Origin: Paragordius varius
Lineage: Eukaryota > Animalia > Nematomorpha
Direction: 5' to 3'
NCBI GenBank assembly: GCA_964247055.1
Contig: OZ176051.1
Location: forward strand, 310,001-374,000
DNA length: 64,000 nucleotides
A program made the position numbers and the translations under genes. Positions 26,137-40,469 of this stretch are shown here, piece by piece. The notes beneath the pieces are model-generated. The model worked only from the letters and a program-made list of their open reading frames with translations. It ran no database searches and had not been told where the DNA came from. Each line of letters starts with the position of its first letter. The stretch's first letter is position 1.

Positions 26137-29100
26137 TTTAAAAATAAAAATGGCTACCTAAAATCCAAATTTGATCAGGTGATGTCGCCATAATTTTTTT
26201 TGGGTAGCCCTATAGTAGTTCCATCATCACCCCAAATATTTTTGAGATCGGAGTATAAATGTAATTTATATGAATTTTTCAAATATTTAAAAAATTTATT
26301 TTATACGATTTTAAAAATAAAAATGGCTACCTAAAATCCAAATTTGATCAGGTGATGTCGCCATAAATTTTTTTGGGTAGCCCTATGGTGGTTCCATCAT
26401 CACCCTAAATATTTTTGAGATCAGACTTTAAATGTAATTTTTATGAATTTTTCAAATATTTAAAAAATTTATTTTATACGATTTTAAAAATAAAAATGGC
26501 TACCTAAAATCCAAATTTGATCAGGTGATGTCGCCATAATTTTTTTTGGGTAGCCCTATAGTAGTTCCATCATCACCCCAAATATTTTTGAGATCGGAGT
26601 ATAAATGTAATTTTTATGAATTTTTTAAATATTTAAAAAATTTATTTTATACGATTTTAAAAATAAAAATGGCTACCTAAAATACAAATTTGATCAGGTG
26701 ATGTCGCCATAATTTTTTTTGGGTAGCCCTATGGTAGTTCCATCATCACCCCAAATATTGTCGAGATCGGAGTATAAATGTAAATTTTTTGAATTTTTTA
26801 AATATTTAAAAAATTTATTTTATACGATTTTAAAAATAAAAATGGCTACCTAAAATCCAAATTTGATCAGGTGATGTCGCCATAATTTTTTTTGCTAGAG
26901 CCCTATGGTAGTTCCATCATAACCCCAAATATTTTTGAGATCAGAGTATAAATGTAATTTTTATGAATTTTTTAAATATTTAAAAAATTTATTTTATACG
27001 ATTTTAAAAATAAAAATGGCTACCTAAAATCCAAATTTGATCAGGTGATGTTGCCATAATTTTTTTTGGGAGCCCTATGGTAGTTCCATCATCACCCCAA
27101 ATATTTTGGGGATCGGAGTATAAATGTAATTTTTATGAATTTTTTAAATATTTAAAAAATTTATTTTATACGATTTTAAAAATAAAAATGGCTACCTAAA
27201 ATCCAAATTTGCTCAGGTGATGTCTCCATAATTTTTTTTGGGTATCCCTATGGTAGTTCCATCATCACCCCAAATATTTTCGAGATCGGAGTATAAATGT
27301 AATTTTTATGCATTTTTTAAATATTTAAAAAATTTATTTTATACGATTTTAAAAATAAAAATGGCTACCTAAAATACAAATTTGATCAGGTGATGTCACC
27401 ATAATTTTTTTTGGGTAACCCTATGGTGGTTCCATCATCACCCTAAATATTTTTGAGATCGGAGTATAAATGTAATTTTTATGAATTTTTTAAATATTTA
27501 AAAAATTTATTTTATACGATTTTAAAAATAAAAATGGATACCTAAAATCCAAATTTGATCAGGTGATGTCGCCATAATTTTTTTTGGGTAGCCCTATGGT
27601 AGTTTCATCATCACCCCAAATATTGTCGAGATCGGACTTTAAATGTAATTTTTATGAATTTTTTAAATATTTAAAAAATTTATTTTATACGATTTTAAAA
27701 ATAAAAATGGCTACCTAAAATCCAAATTTGATCAGGTGATGTCGCCATAATTTTTTTTGGGTAGCCCTATGGTAGTTCCATCATCACCCCAAATATTTTT
27801 GAGATCGGAGTATAAATGTAATTTTTATGAATTTTTTAAATATTTAAAAAATTGATTTTATACGATTTTAAAAATAAAAATGGCTACCTAAAATCCATAT
27901 TTGATCAGGTGATGTCGCCATAATTTTTTTTTGGGTAGCCCTATGGTAGTTCCATCATCACCCTAAATATTTTTGAGATCGGAGTATAAATGTAATTTTT
28001 ATGAATTTTATAAATATTTAAAAAATTTATTTTATACGATTTTAAAAATAAAAATGGCTACCTAAAATCCAAATTTGCTCAGGTGATGTCACCATAATTT
28101 TTTTTGGGTAGTTCTATGGTAGTTCCATCATCACCCTAAATATTTTTGAGATCGGAGTATAAATGTAATTTTTATGAATTTTTTAAATATTTGAAAAATT
28201 TATTTTATACGATTTTAAAAATAAAAATGGCTACTTAAAATCCAAATTTGATCAGGTGATGTCGCCATAATTTTTTTTGGGTAGCCCTATGGTAGTTCCA
28301 TCATCACCCTAAATATTTTTGAGATCGGAGTATAAATGTAATTTTTATGAATTTTTTAAATATTTAAAAAATTTATTTTATACGATTTTAAAAATAAAAA
28401 TGGCTACCTAAAATCCAAATTTGATCAGGTGATGTCACCATAATTTTTTTTGGGTAGCTCTATGGTAGTTTCATCATCACCCCAAATATTGTCGAGATCG
28501 GAGTATAAATGTAATTTTTTGAATTTTTTAAATATTAAAAAAATTTATTTTATACGATTTTAAAAATAAAAATGGCTACCTAAAATCCAAATTTGATCAG
28601 GTGATGTCGCCATAATTTTTTTTGCTAGAGCCCTATGGTAGTTCCATCATAACCCCAAATATTTTTGAGATCAGAGTATAAATGTAATTTTTATGAATTT
28701 TTTAAATATTTAAAAAATTTATTTTATACGATTTTAAAAATAAAAATGGCTACCTAAAATCCAAATTTGATCAGGTGATGTTGCCATAATTTTTTTTGGG
28801 AGCCCTATGGTAGTTCCATCATCACCCCAAATATTTTGGGGATCGGAGTATAAATGTAATTTTTATGAATTTTTTAAATATTTAAAAAATTTATTTTATA
28901 CGATTTTAAAAATAAAAATGGCTACCTAAAATCCAAATTTGCTCAGGTGATGTCTCCATAATTTTTTTTGGGTATCCCTATGGTAGTTCCATCATCACCC
29001 CAAATATTTTCGAGATCGGAGTATAAATGTAATTTTTATGCATTTTTTAAATATTTAAAAAATTTATTTTATACGATTTTAAAAATAAAAATGGCTACCT

Positions 29101-32088
29101 AAAATACAAATTTGATCAGGTGATGTCACCATAATTTTTTTTGGGTAACCCTATGGTGGTTCCATCATCACCCTAAATATTTTTGAGATCGGAGTATAAA
29201 TGTAATTTTTATGAATTTTTTAAATATTTAAAAAATTTATTTTATACGATTTTAAAAATAAAAATGGATACCTAAAATCCAAATTTGATCAGGTGATGTC
29301 GCCATAATTTTTTTTGGGTAGCCCTATGGTAGTTTCATCATCACCCCAAATATTGTCGAGATCGGACTTTAAATGTAATTTTTATGAATTTTTTAAATAT
29401 TTAAAAAATTTATTTTATACGATTTTAAAAATAAAAATGGCTACCTAAAATCCAAATTTGATCAGGTGATGTCGCCATAATTTTTTTTGGGTAGCCCTAT
29501 GGTAGTTCCATCATCACCCCAAATATTTTTGAGATCGGAGTATAAATGTAATTTTTATGAATTTTTTAAATATTTAAAAAATTGATTTTATACGATTTTA
29601 AAAATAAAAATGGCTACCTAAAATCCATATTTGATCAGGTGATGTCGCCATAATTTTTTTTTGGGTAGCCCTATGGTAGTTCCATCATCACCCTAAATAT
29701 TTTTGAGATCGGAGTATAAATGTAATTTTTATGAATTTTATAAATATTTAAAAAATTTATTTTATACGATTTTAAAAATAAAAATGGCTACCTAAAATCC
29801 AAATTTGCTCAGGTGATGTCACCATAATTTTTTTTGGGTAGTTCTATGGTAGTTCCATCATCACCCTAAATATTTTTGAGATCGGAGTATAAATGTAATT
29901 TTTATGAATTTTTTAAATATTTGAAAAATTTATTTTATACGATTTTAAAAATAAAAATGGCTACTTAAAATCCAAATTTGATCAGGTGATGTCGCCATAA
30001 TTTTTTTTGGGTAGCCCTATGGTAGTTCCATCATCACCCTAAATATTTTTGAGATCGGAGTATAAATGTAATTTTTATGAATTTTTTAAATATTTAAAAA
30101 ATTTATTTTATACGATTTTAAAAATAAAAATGGCTACCTAAAATCCAAATTTGATCAGGTGATGTCACCATAATTTTTTTTGGGTAGCTCTATGGTAGTT
30201 TCATCATCACCCCAAATATTGTCGAGATCGGAGTATAAATGTAATTTTTTGAATTTTTTAAATATTAAAAAAATTTATTTTATACGATTTTAAAAATAAA
30301 AATGGCTACCTAAAATCCAAATTTGATCAGGTGATGTCGCCATAATTTTTTTTGGGCAGCCCTATGGTAGTTCCATCATCACCCCAAATATTTTCGAGAT
30401 CGGAGTATAAATGTAATTTTTATGAATTTTTTAAATATTTAAAAAATTTATTTAAAAATAAAAATGGCTACCTAAAATCCAAATTTGATCAGGTGATGTC
30501 GCCATAATTTTTTTTGGGCAGCCCTATGGTAATTCCATCATCACCCCAAATATTTTGGGGATCGGACTATAAATGTAATTTTTATGAATTTTTTAAATAT
30601 TTAAAAAATTTATTTTATACGATTTTAAAAATAAAAATGGCTACCTAAAATCCAAATTTGATCAGGTGATGTCACCATAATTTTTTTTGGGTAGTTCCAT
30701 GGTAGTTCCATCATAACCCCAAATATTTTTGAGATCGGACTTTAAATGTAATTTTCATTAATTTTTTAAATATTTAAAAAATTTATTTTATACAATTTTA
30801 AAAATAAAAATGGCTACCTAAAATCCAAATTTGATCAGGTGATGTTGCCATAATTTTTTTTGGGTAGCCATATAGTAATTCCATCATCACCCCAAATACT
30901 TTTAAGATCGCACTATAATTGTAATTATTATGAATTTTTTAAATATTTAAAAAATTTATTTTATACGATTTTAAAAATAAAAATGGCTACCTAAAATACA
31001 AATTTGATCAGGTGATGTCACCATAATTTTTTTTGGGTAACCCTATGGTAGTTCCATCATCACCCCAAATATTTTCGAGATCGGAGTATAAATGTAATTT
31101 TTATGAATTTTTTAAATATTTAAAAAATTTATTTTATACGATTTTAAAAATAAAAATGGCTACCTAAAATCCAAATTTGATCAGGTGATGTCGCCATAAT
31201 TTTTTTTGGGTAGCCCTATAGTAGTTCCATCATCACCCCAAATATTTTTGAGATCGGAGTATAAATGTAATTTATATGAATTTTTCAAATATTTAAAAAA
31301 TTTATTTTATACGATTTTAAAAATAAAAATGGCTACCTAAAATCCAAATTTGATCAGGTGATGTCGCCATAATTTTTTTTGCGTAGCCCTATGGTAGTTC
31401 CATCATCACCCCAAATATTGTCGAGATCGGAGTATAAATGTAAATTTTTTGAATTTTTTAAATATTTAAAAAATTTATTTTATACGATTTTAAAAATAAA
31501 AATGGCTACCTAAAATCCAAATTTGATCAGGTGATGTCGCCATAATTTTTTTTGCTAGAGCCCTATGGTAGTTCCATCATAACACCAAATATTTTTGAGA
31601 TCAGAGTATAAATGTAATTTTTATGAATTTTTTAAATATTTAAAAAATTTATTTTATACGATTTTAAAAATAAAAATGGCTACCTAAAATCCAAATTTGA
31701 TCAGGTGATGTTGCCATAATTTTTTTTTGGAGCCCTATGGTAGTTCCATCATCACCCCAAATATTTTGGGGATCGGAGTATAAATGTAATTTTTATGAAT
31801 TTTTTAAATATTTAAAAAATTTATTTTATACGATTTTAAAAATAAAAATGGCTACCTAAAATCCAAATTTGCTCAGGTGATGTCTCCATAATTTTTTTTG
31901 GGTAGCCCTATGGTAGTTCCATCATCACCCCAAATATTTTCGAGATCGGAGTATAAATGTAATTTTTATGCATTTTTTAAATATTTAAAAAATTTATTTT
32001 ATACGATTTTAAAAATAAAAATGGCTACCTAAAATACAAATTTGATCAGGTGATGTCACCATAATTTTTTTTGGGTAACCCTATGGTG
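23005..32088. repeat. 19-mer HOR series with 19-, 10-, 17-monomer and partial copies
   Basis: The rare GCTAGAGCCC allele occurs at 23618, 26894, 28624 and 31554. Offsets of 3276 (19-mer), 1730 (10-mer) and 2930 (17-mer) match the counted indels. Confidence 0.88.
26808..30354. repeat. Tandem duplication of a 10-monomer block, period 1730 bp
   Basis: The same ordered alleles recur 1730 bp apart. The flanking differences are at 26807/28537 and 28625/30355. Confidence 0.9.
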
Positions 32089-35000
32089 GTTCCATCATCA
32101 CCCCAAATACTTTGGGGATCGGACTATAAATGTAATTTTTATGAATTTTTTAAATATTTAAAAAATTTATTTTATACGATTTTAAAAATAAAAATGGCTA
32201 CCTAAAATCCAAATTTGATCAGGTGATGTCACTATAATTTTTTTGGGTAGCCCTATGGTAGTTCCATCATCACCCCAAATATTTTTGAGATCGGACTTTA
32301 AATGTAATTTTTATAAATTTTTTAATTATTTGAAAAATTTATTTTATACGATTTTAAAAATAAAAATGGCTACCTAAAATCCAAATTTGATCAGGTGATG
32401 TCGCCATAATTTTTTTTGGGTAGCCCTATGGTAGTTCCATCATCACCCCAAATACTTTGGGGATCGGACTATAAATGTAATTTTTATGAATTTTTTAAAT
32501 ATTTAAAAAATTTATTTTATACGATTTCTAAAATAAAAATGGCTACCTAAAATCCAAATTTGATCAGGTGATGTCGCCATAATTTTTTTTGGGTAGCCCT
32601 ATGGTAGTTCCATCATCACCCCAAATATTTTGGGGATCGGACTATAAATGTAATTTTTATGAATTTTTTAAATATTTAAAAAATTTATTTTATACGATTT
32701 TAAAAATAAAAATGGCTACCTAAAATCCAAATTTGATCAGGTGATGTCGCCATAATTTATTTTAGGTAGCCCTATGGTAGTTCCATCATCACCCCAAATA
32801 CTTTGGGGATCGGACTATAAATGTAATTTTTATGAATTTTTTAAATATTTAAAAAATTTATTTTATACGATTTTAAAAATAAAAATGGCTACCTAAAATC
32901 CAAATTTGATCAGACGATGTCACCATAATTTTTTTTGGGTAGCCCTATGGTAGTTCCATCATCACCCCAAATATTTTCGGGATCGGAGTATAAATGTAAT
33001 TTTTATGAATTTTTTAAATATTTAAAAAATTTATTTTATACGATTTTAAAAATAAAAATGGCTACCTAAAATCCAAATTTGATCAGGTGATGTCGCCATA
33101 ATTTTTTTTGGGTAGCCCTATAGTAGTTCCATCATCACCCCAAATATTTTGGGGATCGGACTATAAATGTAATTTTTATGAATTTTTTAAATATTTAAAA
33201 AATTTATTTTATACGATTTTAAAAATAAAAATGGCTACCTAAAATCCAAATTTGATCAGGTGATGTCACTATAATTTTTTTGGGTAGCCCTATGGTAGTT
33301 CCATCATCAGCCCAAATATTTTGGGGATCGGACTATAAATGTAATTTTTATGAATTTTTTAAATATTTAAAAAATTTATTTTATACGATTTTAAAAATAA
33401 AAATGGCTACCTAAAATCCAAATTTGATCAGGTGATGTCGCCATAATTTAATTTGGGTAGCCCTATGGTAGTTCCATCATCACCCCAAATACTTTGGGGA
33501 TCGGACTATAAATGTAATTTTTATGAATTTTTTAAATATTTAAAAAATTTATTTTATACGATTTCTAAAATAAAAATGGCTACCTAAAATCCAACTTTGA
33601 TCAGGTGATGTCGCCATAATTTTTTTTGGGTAGCCCTATGGTAGTTCCATCATCACCCCAAATATTTTTGAGATCGGAGTATAAATGTAATTTTTATGAA
33701 TTTTTTAAATATTTAAAAAATTTATTTTATACGATTTTAAAAATAAAAATGGCTACCTAAAACTCAAATTTGATCAGACGATGTCACCATAATTTGGGTA
33801 GCCCTATGGTAGTTCCATCATCACCCCAAATATTTTCGAGATCGGAGTATAAATGTAATTTTTTTGAATTTTTTAAATATTTAAAAAATTTATTTTATAC
33901 GATTTTAAAAATAAAAATGGCTACCTAAAATCAAATTTGATCAGGTGATGTCGCCATAATTTTTTTTGGTAAGCCCTATGGTAGTTCCATCATAACCCCA
34001 AATATTTTTGAGATCGGACTTTAAATGAATGAATTTTTTAAATATTTAAAAAATTTATTTTATACGATTTTAAAAATAAAAATGGCTACCTAAAATCCAA
34101 ATTTGATCAGGTGATGTCGCCATAATTTATTTTGGGTAGCCCTATGGTAGTTCCATCATCACCCCAAATACTTTGGGGATCGGACTATAAATGTAATTTT
34201 TATGAATTTTTTAAATATTTAAAAAATTTATTTTATACGATTTTAAAAATAAAAATGGCTACCTAAAATCCAAATTTGATCAGACGATGTCACCATAATT
34301 TTTTTTGGGTAGCCCTATGGTAGTTCCATCATCACCCCAAATATTTTCGGGATCGGAGTATAAATGTAATTTTTATGAATTTTTTAAATATTTAAAAAAT
34401 TTATTTTATACGATTTTAAAAATAAAAATGGCTACCTAAAATCCAAATTTGATCAGGTGATGTCGCCATAATTTTTTTTGGGTAGCCCTATGGTAGTTCC
34501 ATCATCACCCCAAATATTTTGGGGATCGGACTATAAATGTAATTTTTATGAATTTTTTAAATATTTAAAAAATTTATTTTATACGATTTTAAAAATAAAA
34601 ATGGCTACCTAAAATCCAAATTTGATCAGGTGATGTCGCCATAATTTTTTTTGGGTAGCCCTATGGTAGTTCCATCATCACCCCAAATACTTTGGGGATC
34701 GGACTATAAATGTAATTTTTATGAATTTTTTAAATATTTAAAAAATTTATTTTATACGATTTCTAAAATAAAAATGGCTACCTAAAATCCAAATTTGATC
34801 AGGTGATGTCGCCATAATTTTTTTTGGGTAGCCCTATGGTAGTTCCATCATCACCCCAAATATTTTGGGGATCGGACTATAAATGTAATTTTTATGAATT
34901 TTTTAAATATTTAAAAAATTTATTTTATACGATTTTAAAAATAAAAATGGTTACCTAAAATCCAAATTTGATCAGGTGATGTCACCATAATTTTTTTTGG

Positions 35001-38000
35001 GTAGCGCTATGGTAGTTCCATCATCACCCCAAATATTTTCGAGATCGGAGTATAAATGTAATTTTTATGAATTTTTTAAATATTTAAAAAAATTATTTTA
35101 TACGATTTTAAAAATAAAAATGGCTACCTAAAATCCAAATTTGATCAGGTGATGTCACTATAATTTTTTTGGGTAGCCCTATGGTAGTTCCATCATCACC
35201 CCAAATATTTTTGAGATCGGACTTTAAATGTAATTTTTATAAATTTTTTAATTATTTGAAAAATTTATTTTATACGATTTTAAAAATAAAAATGGCTACC
35301 TAAAATCCAAATTTGATCAGGTGATGTCGCCATAATTTATTTTGGGTAGCCCTATGGTAGTTCCATCATCACCCCAAATATTTTGGGGATCGGACTATAA
35401 ATGTAATTTTTATGAATTTTTTAAATATTTAAAAAATTTATTTTATACGATTTTAAAAATAAAAATGGCTACCTAAAATCCAAATTTGATCAGGTGATGT
35501 CGCCATAATTTTTTTTGGGTAGCCCTATGGTAGTTTCATCATCACCCCAAATACTTTGGGGATCGGACTATAAATGTAATTTTTATGAATTTTTTAAATA
35601 TTTAAAAAATTTATTTTATACGATTTCTAAAATAAAAATGGCTACCTAAAATCCAAATTTGATCAGGTGATGTCGCCATAATTTTTTTTGGGTAGCCCTA
35701 TGGTAGTTCCATCATCACCCCAAATACTTTGGGGATCGGACTATAAATGTAATTTTTATGAATTTTTTAAATATTTAAAAAATTTATTTTATACGATTTC
35801 TAAAATAAAAATGGCTACCTAAAATCCAAATTTGATCAGGTGATGTCGCCATAATTTTTTTTGGGTAGCCCTATGGTAGTTCCATCATCACCCCAAATAT
35901 TTTGGGGATCGGACTATAAATGTAATTTTTATGAATTTTTTAAATATTTAAAAAATTTATTTTATACGATTTTAAAAATAAAAATGGTTACCTAAAATCC
36001 AAATTTGATCAGGTGATGTCACCATAATTTTTTTTGGGTAGCGCTATGGTAGTTCCATCATCACCCCAAATATTTTCGAGATCGGAGTATAAATGTAATT
36101 TTTATGAATTTTTTAAATATTTAAAAAAATTATTTTATACGATTTTAAAAATAAAAATGGCTACCTAAAATCCAAATTTGATCAGGTGATGTCACTATAA
36201 TTTTTTTGGGTAGCCCTATGGTAGTTCCATCATCACCCCAAATATTTTTGAGATCGGACTTTAAATGTAATTTTTATAAATTTTTTAATTATTTGAAAAA
36301 TTTATTTTATACGATTTTAAAAATAAAAATGGCTACCTAAAATCCAAATTTGATCAGGTGATGTCGCCATAATTTATTTTGGGTAGCCCTATGGTAGTTC
36401 CATCATCACCCCAAATATTTTGGGGATCGGACTATAAATGTAATTTTTATGAATTTTTTAAATATTTAAAAAATTTATTTTATACGATTTTAAAAATAAA
36501 AATGGCTACCTAAAATCCAAATTTGATCAGGTGATGTCGCCATAATTTTTTTTGGGTAGCCCTATGGTAGTTTCATCATCACCCCAAATACTTTGGGGAT
36601 CGGACTATAAATGTAATTTTTATGAATTTTTTAAATATTTAAAAAATTTATTTTATACGATTTCTAAAATAAAAATGGCTACCTAAAATCCAAATTTGAT
36701 CAGGTGATGTCGCCATAATTTTTTTTGGGTAGCCCTATGGTAGTTCCATCATCACCCCAAATACTTTGGGGATCGGACTATAAATGTAATTTTTATGAAT
36801 TTTTTAAATATTTAAAAAATTTATTTTATACGATTTTAAAAATAAAAATGGCTACCTAAAATCCAAATTTGATCAGGTGATGTCGCCATAATTTTTTTTG
36901 GGTAGCCCTATGGTAGTTCCATCATCACCCCAAATATTTTGGGGATCGGACTATAAATGTAATTTTTATGAATTTTTTAAATATTTAAAAAATTTATTTT
37001 ATACGATTTTAAAAATAAAAATGGCTACCTAAAATCCAAATTTGATCAGGTGATGTCGCCATAATTTTTTTTGGGTAGCCCTATGGTAGTTCCATCATCA
37101 CCCCAAATATTTTGGGGATCGGACTATAAATGTAATTTTTATGAATTTTTTAAATATTTAAAAAATTTATTTTATACGATTTTAAAAATAAAAATGGCTA
37201 CCTAAAATCCAAATTTGATCAGGTGATGTCGCCATAATTTTTTTTGGGTAGCCCTATGGTAGTTCCATCATCACCCCAAATACTTTGGGGATCGGACTAT
37301 AAATGTAATTTTTATGAATTTTTTAAATATTTAAAAAATTTATTTTATACGATTTCTAAAATAAAAATGGCTACCTAAAATCCAAATTTGATCAGGTGAT
37401 GTCGCCATAATTTTTTTTGGGTAGCCCTATGGTAGTTCCATCATCACCCCAAATATTTTGGGGATCGGACTATAAATGTAATTTTTATGAATTTTTTAAA
37501 TATTTAAAAAATTTATTTTATACGATTTTAAAAATAAAAATGGCTACCTAAAATCCAAATTTGATCAGGTGATGTCGCCATAATTTATTTTGGGTAGCCC
37601 TATGGTAGTTCCATCATCACCCCAAATACTTTGGGGATCGGACTATAAATGTAATTTTTATGAATTTTTTAAATATTTAAAAAATTTATTTTATACGATT
37701 TTAAAAATAAAAATGGCTACCTAAAATCCAAATTTGATCAGGTGATGTCACTATAATTTTTTTGGGTAGCCCTATGGTAGTTCCATCATCACCCCAAATA
37801 TTTTTGAGATCGGACTTTAAATGTAATTTTTATAAATTTTTTAATTATTTGAAAAATTTATTTTATACGATTTTAAAAATAAAAATGGCTACCTAAAATC
37901 CAAATTTGATCAGGTGATGTCGCCATAATTTTTTTTGGGTAGCCCTATGGTAGTTCCATCATCACCCCAAATACTTTGGGGATCGGACTATAAATGTAAT

Positions 38001-40469
38001 TTTTATGAATTTTTTAAATATTTAAAAAATTTATTTTATACGATTTCTAAAATAAAAATGGCTACCTAAAATCCAAATTTGATCAGGTGATGTCGCCATA
38101 ATTTTTTTTGGGTAGCCCTATGGTAGTTCCATCATCACCCCAAATATTTTGGGGATCGGACTATAAATGTAATTTTTATGAATTTTTTAAATATTTAAAA
38201 AATTTATTTTATACGATTTTAAAAATAAAAATGGCTACCTAAAATCCAAATTTGATCAGGTGATGTCGCCATAATTTATTTTAGGTAGCCCTATGGTAGT
38301 TCCATCATCACCCCAAATACTTTGGGGATCGGACTATAAATGTAATTTTTATGAATTTTTTAAATATTTAAAAAATTTATTTTATACGATTTTAAAAATA
38401 AAAATGGCTACCTAAAATCCAAATTTGATCAGACGATGTCACCATAATTTTTTTTGGGTAGCCCTATGGTAGTTCCATCATCACCCCAAATATTTTCGGG
38501 ATCGGAGTATAAATGTAATTTTTATGAATTTTTTAAATATTTAAAAAATTTATTTTATACGATTTTAAAAATAAAAATGGCTACCTAAAATCCAAATTTG
38601 ATCAGGTGATGTCGCCATAATTTTTTTTGGGTAGCCCTATAGTAGTTCCATCATCACCCCAAATATTTTGGGGATCGGACTATAAATGTAATTTTTATGA
38701 ATTTTTTAAATATTTAAAAAATTTATTTTATACGATTTTAAAAATAAAAATGGCTACCTAAAATCCAAATTTGATCAGGTGATGTCACTATAATTTTTTT
38801 GGGTAGCCCTATGGTAGTTCCATCATCAGCCCAAATATTTTGGGGATCGGACTATAAATGTAATTTTTATGAATTTTTTAAATATTTAAAAAATTTATTT
38901 TATACGATTTTAAAAATAAAAATGGCTACCTAAAATCCAAATTTGATCAGGTGATGTCGCCATAATTTAATTTGGGTAGCCCTATGGTAGTTCCATCATC
39001 ACCCCAAATACTTTGGGGATCGGACTATAAATGTAATTTTTATGAATTTTTTAAATATTTAAAAAATTTATTTTATACGATTTCTAAAATAAAAATGGCT
39101 ACCTAAAATCCAACTTTGATCAGGTGATGTCGCCATAATTTTTTTTGGGTAGCCCTATGGTAGTTCCATCATCACCCCAAATATTTTTGAGATCGGAGTA
39201 TAAATGTAATTTTTATGAATTTTTTAAATATTTAAAAAATTTATTTTATACGATTTTAAAAATAAAAATGGCTACCTAAAACTCAAATTTGATCAGACGA
39301 TGTCACCATAATTTGGGTAGCCCTATGGTAGTTCCATCATCACCCCAAATATTTTCGAGATCGGAGTATAAATGTAATTTTTTTGAATTTTTTAAATATT
39401 TAAAAAATTTATTTTATACGATTTTAAAAATAAAAATGGCTACCTAAAATCAAATTTGATCAGGTGATGTCGCCATAATTTTTTTTGGTAAGCCCTATGG
39501 TAGTTCCATCATAACCCCAAATATTTTTGAGATCGGACTTTAAATGAATGAATTTTTTAAATATTTAAAAAATTTATTTTATACGATTTTAAAAATAAAA
39601 ATGGCTACCTAAAATCCAAATTTGATCAGGTGATGTCGCCATAATTTATTTTGGGTAGCCCTATGGTAGTTCCATCATCACCCCAAATACTTTGGGGATC
39701 GGACTATAAATGTAATTTTTATGAATTTTTTAAATATTTAAAAAATTTATTTTATACGATTTTAAAAATAAAAATGGCTACCTAAAATCCAAATTTGATC
39801 AGACGATGTCACCATAATTTTTTTTGGGTAGCCCTATGGTAGTTCCATCATCACCCCAAATATTTTCGGGATCGGAGTATAAATGTAATTTTTATGAATT
39901 TTTTAAATATTTAAAAAATTTATTTTATACGATTTTAAAAATAAAAATGGCTACCTAAAATCCAAATTTGATCAGGTGATGTCGCCATAATTTTTTTTGG
40001 GTAGCCCTATGGTAGTTCCATCATCACCCCAAATATTTTGGGGATCGGACTATAAATGTAATTTTTATGAATTTTTTAAATATTTAAAAAATTTATTTTA
40101 TACGATTTTAAAAATAAAAATGGCTACCTAAAATCCAAATTTGATCAGGTGATGTCGCCATAATTTTTTTTGGGTAGCCCTATGGTAGTTCCATCATCAC
40201 CCCAAATACTTTGGGGATCGGACTATAAATGTAATTTTTATGAATTTTTTAAATATTTAAAAAATTTATTTTATACGATTTCTAAAATAAAAATGGCTAC
40301 CTAAAATCCAAATTTGATCAGGTGATGTCGCCATAATTTTTTTTGGGTAGCCCTATGGTAGTTCCATCATCACCCCAAATATTTTGGGGATCGGACTATA
40401 AATGTAATTTTTATGAATTTTTTAAATATTTAAAAAATTTATTTTATACGATTTTAAAAATAAAAATGG
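32089..40469. repeat. Duplicated block of about 16.5 monomers (32089-34950 = 37608-40469), offset 5519 bp (32 monomers)
   Basis: Private alleles at offset 5519: TTAGGTAGC 32764/38283, CATCAGCCC 33310/38829, AACTCAAA 33763/39282. 32x173-17=5519. Confidence 0.9.
34591..36836. repeat. Tandem 6-monomer duplication, period 1037 bp
   Basis: The GGTTACC allele at 34951/35988 is followed by the same GCGCT, GTCACTA and TTATTT monomers. 6x173-1=1037. Confidence 0.88.
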
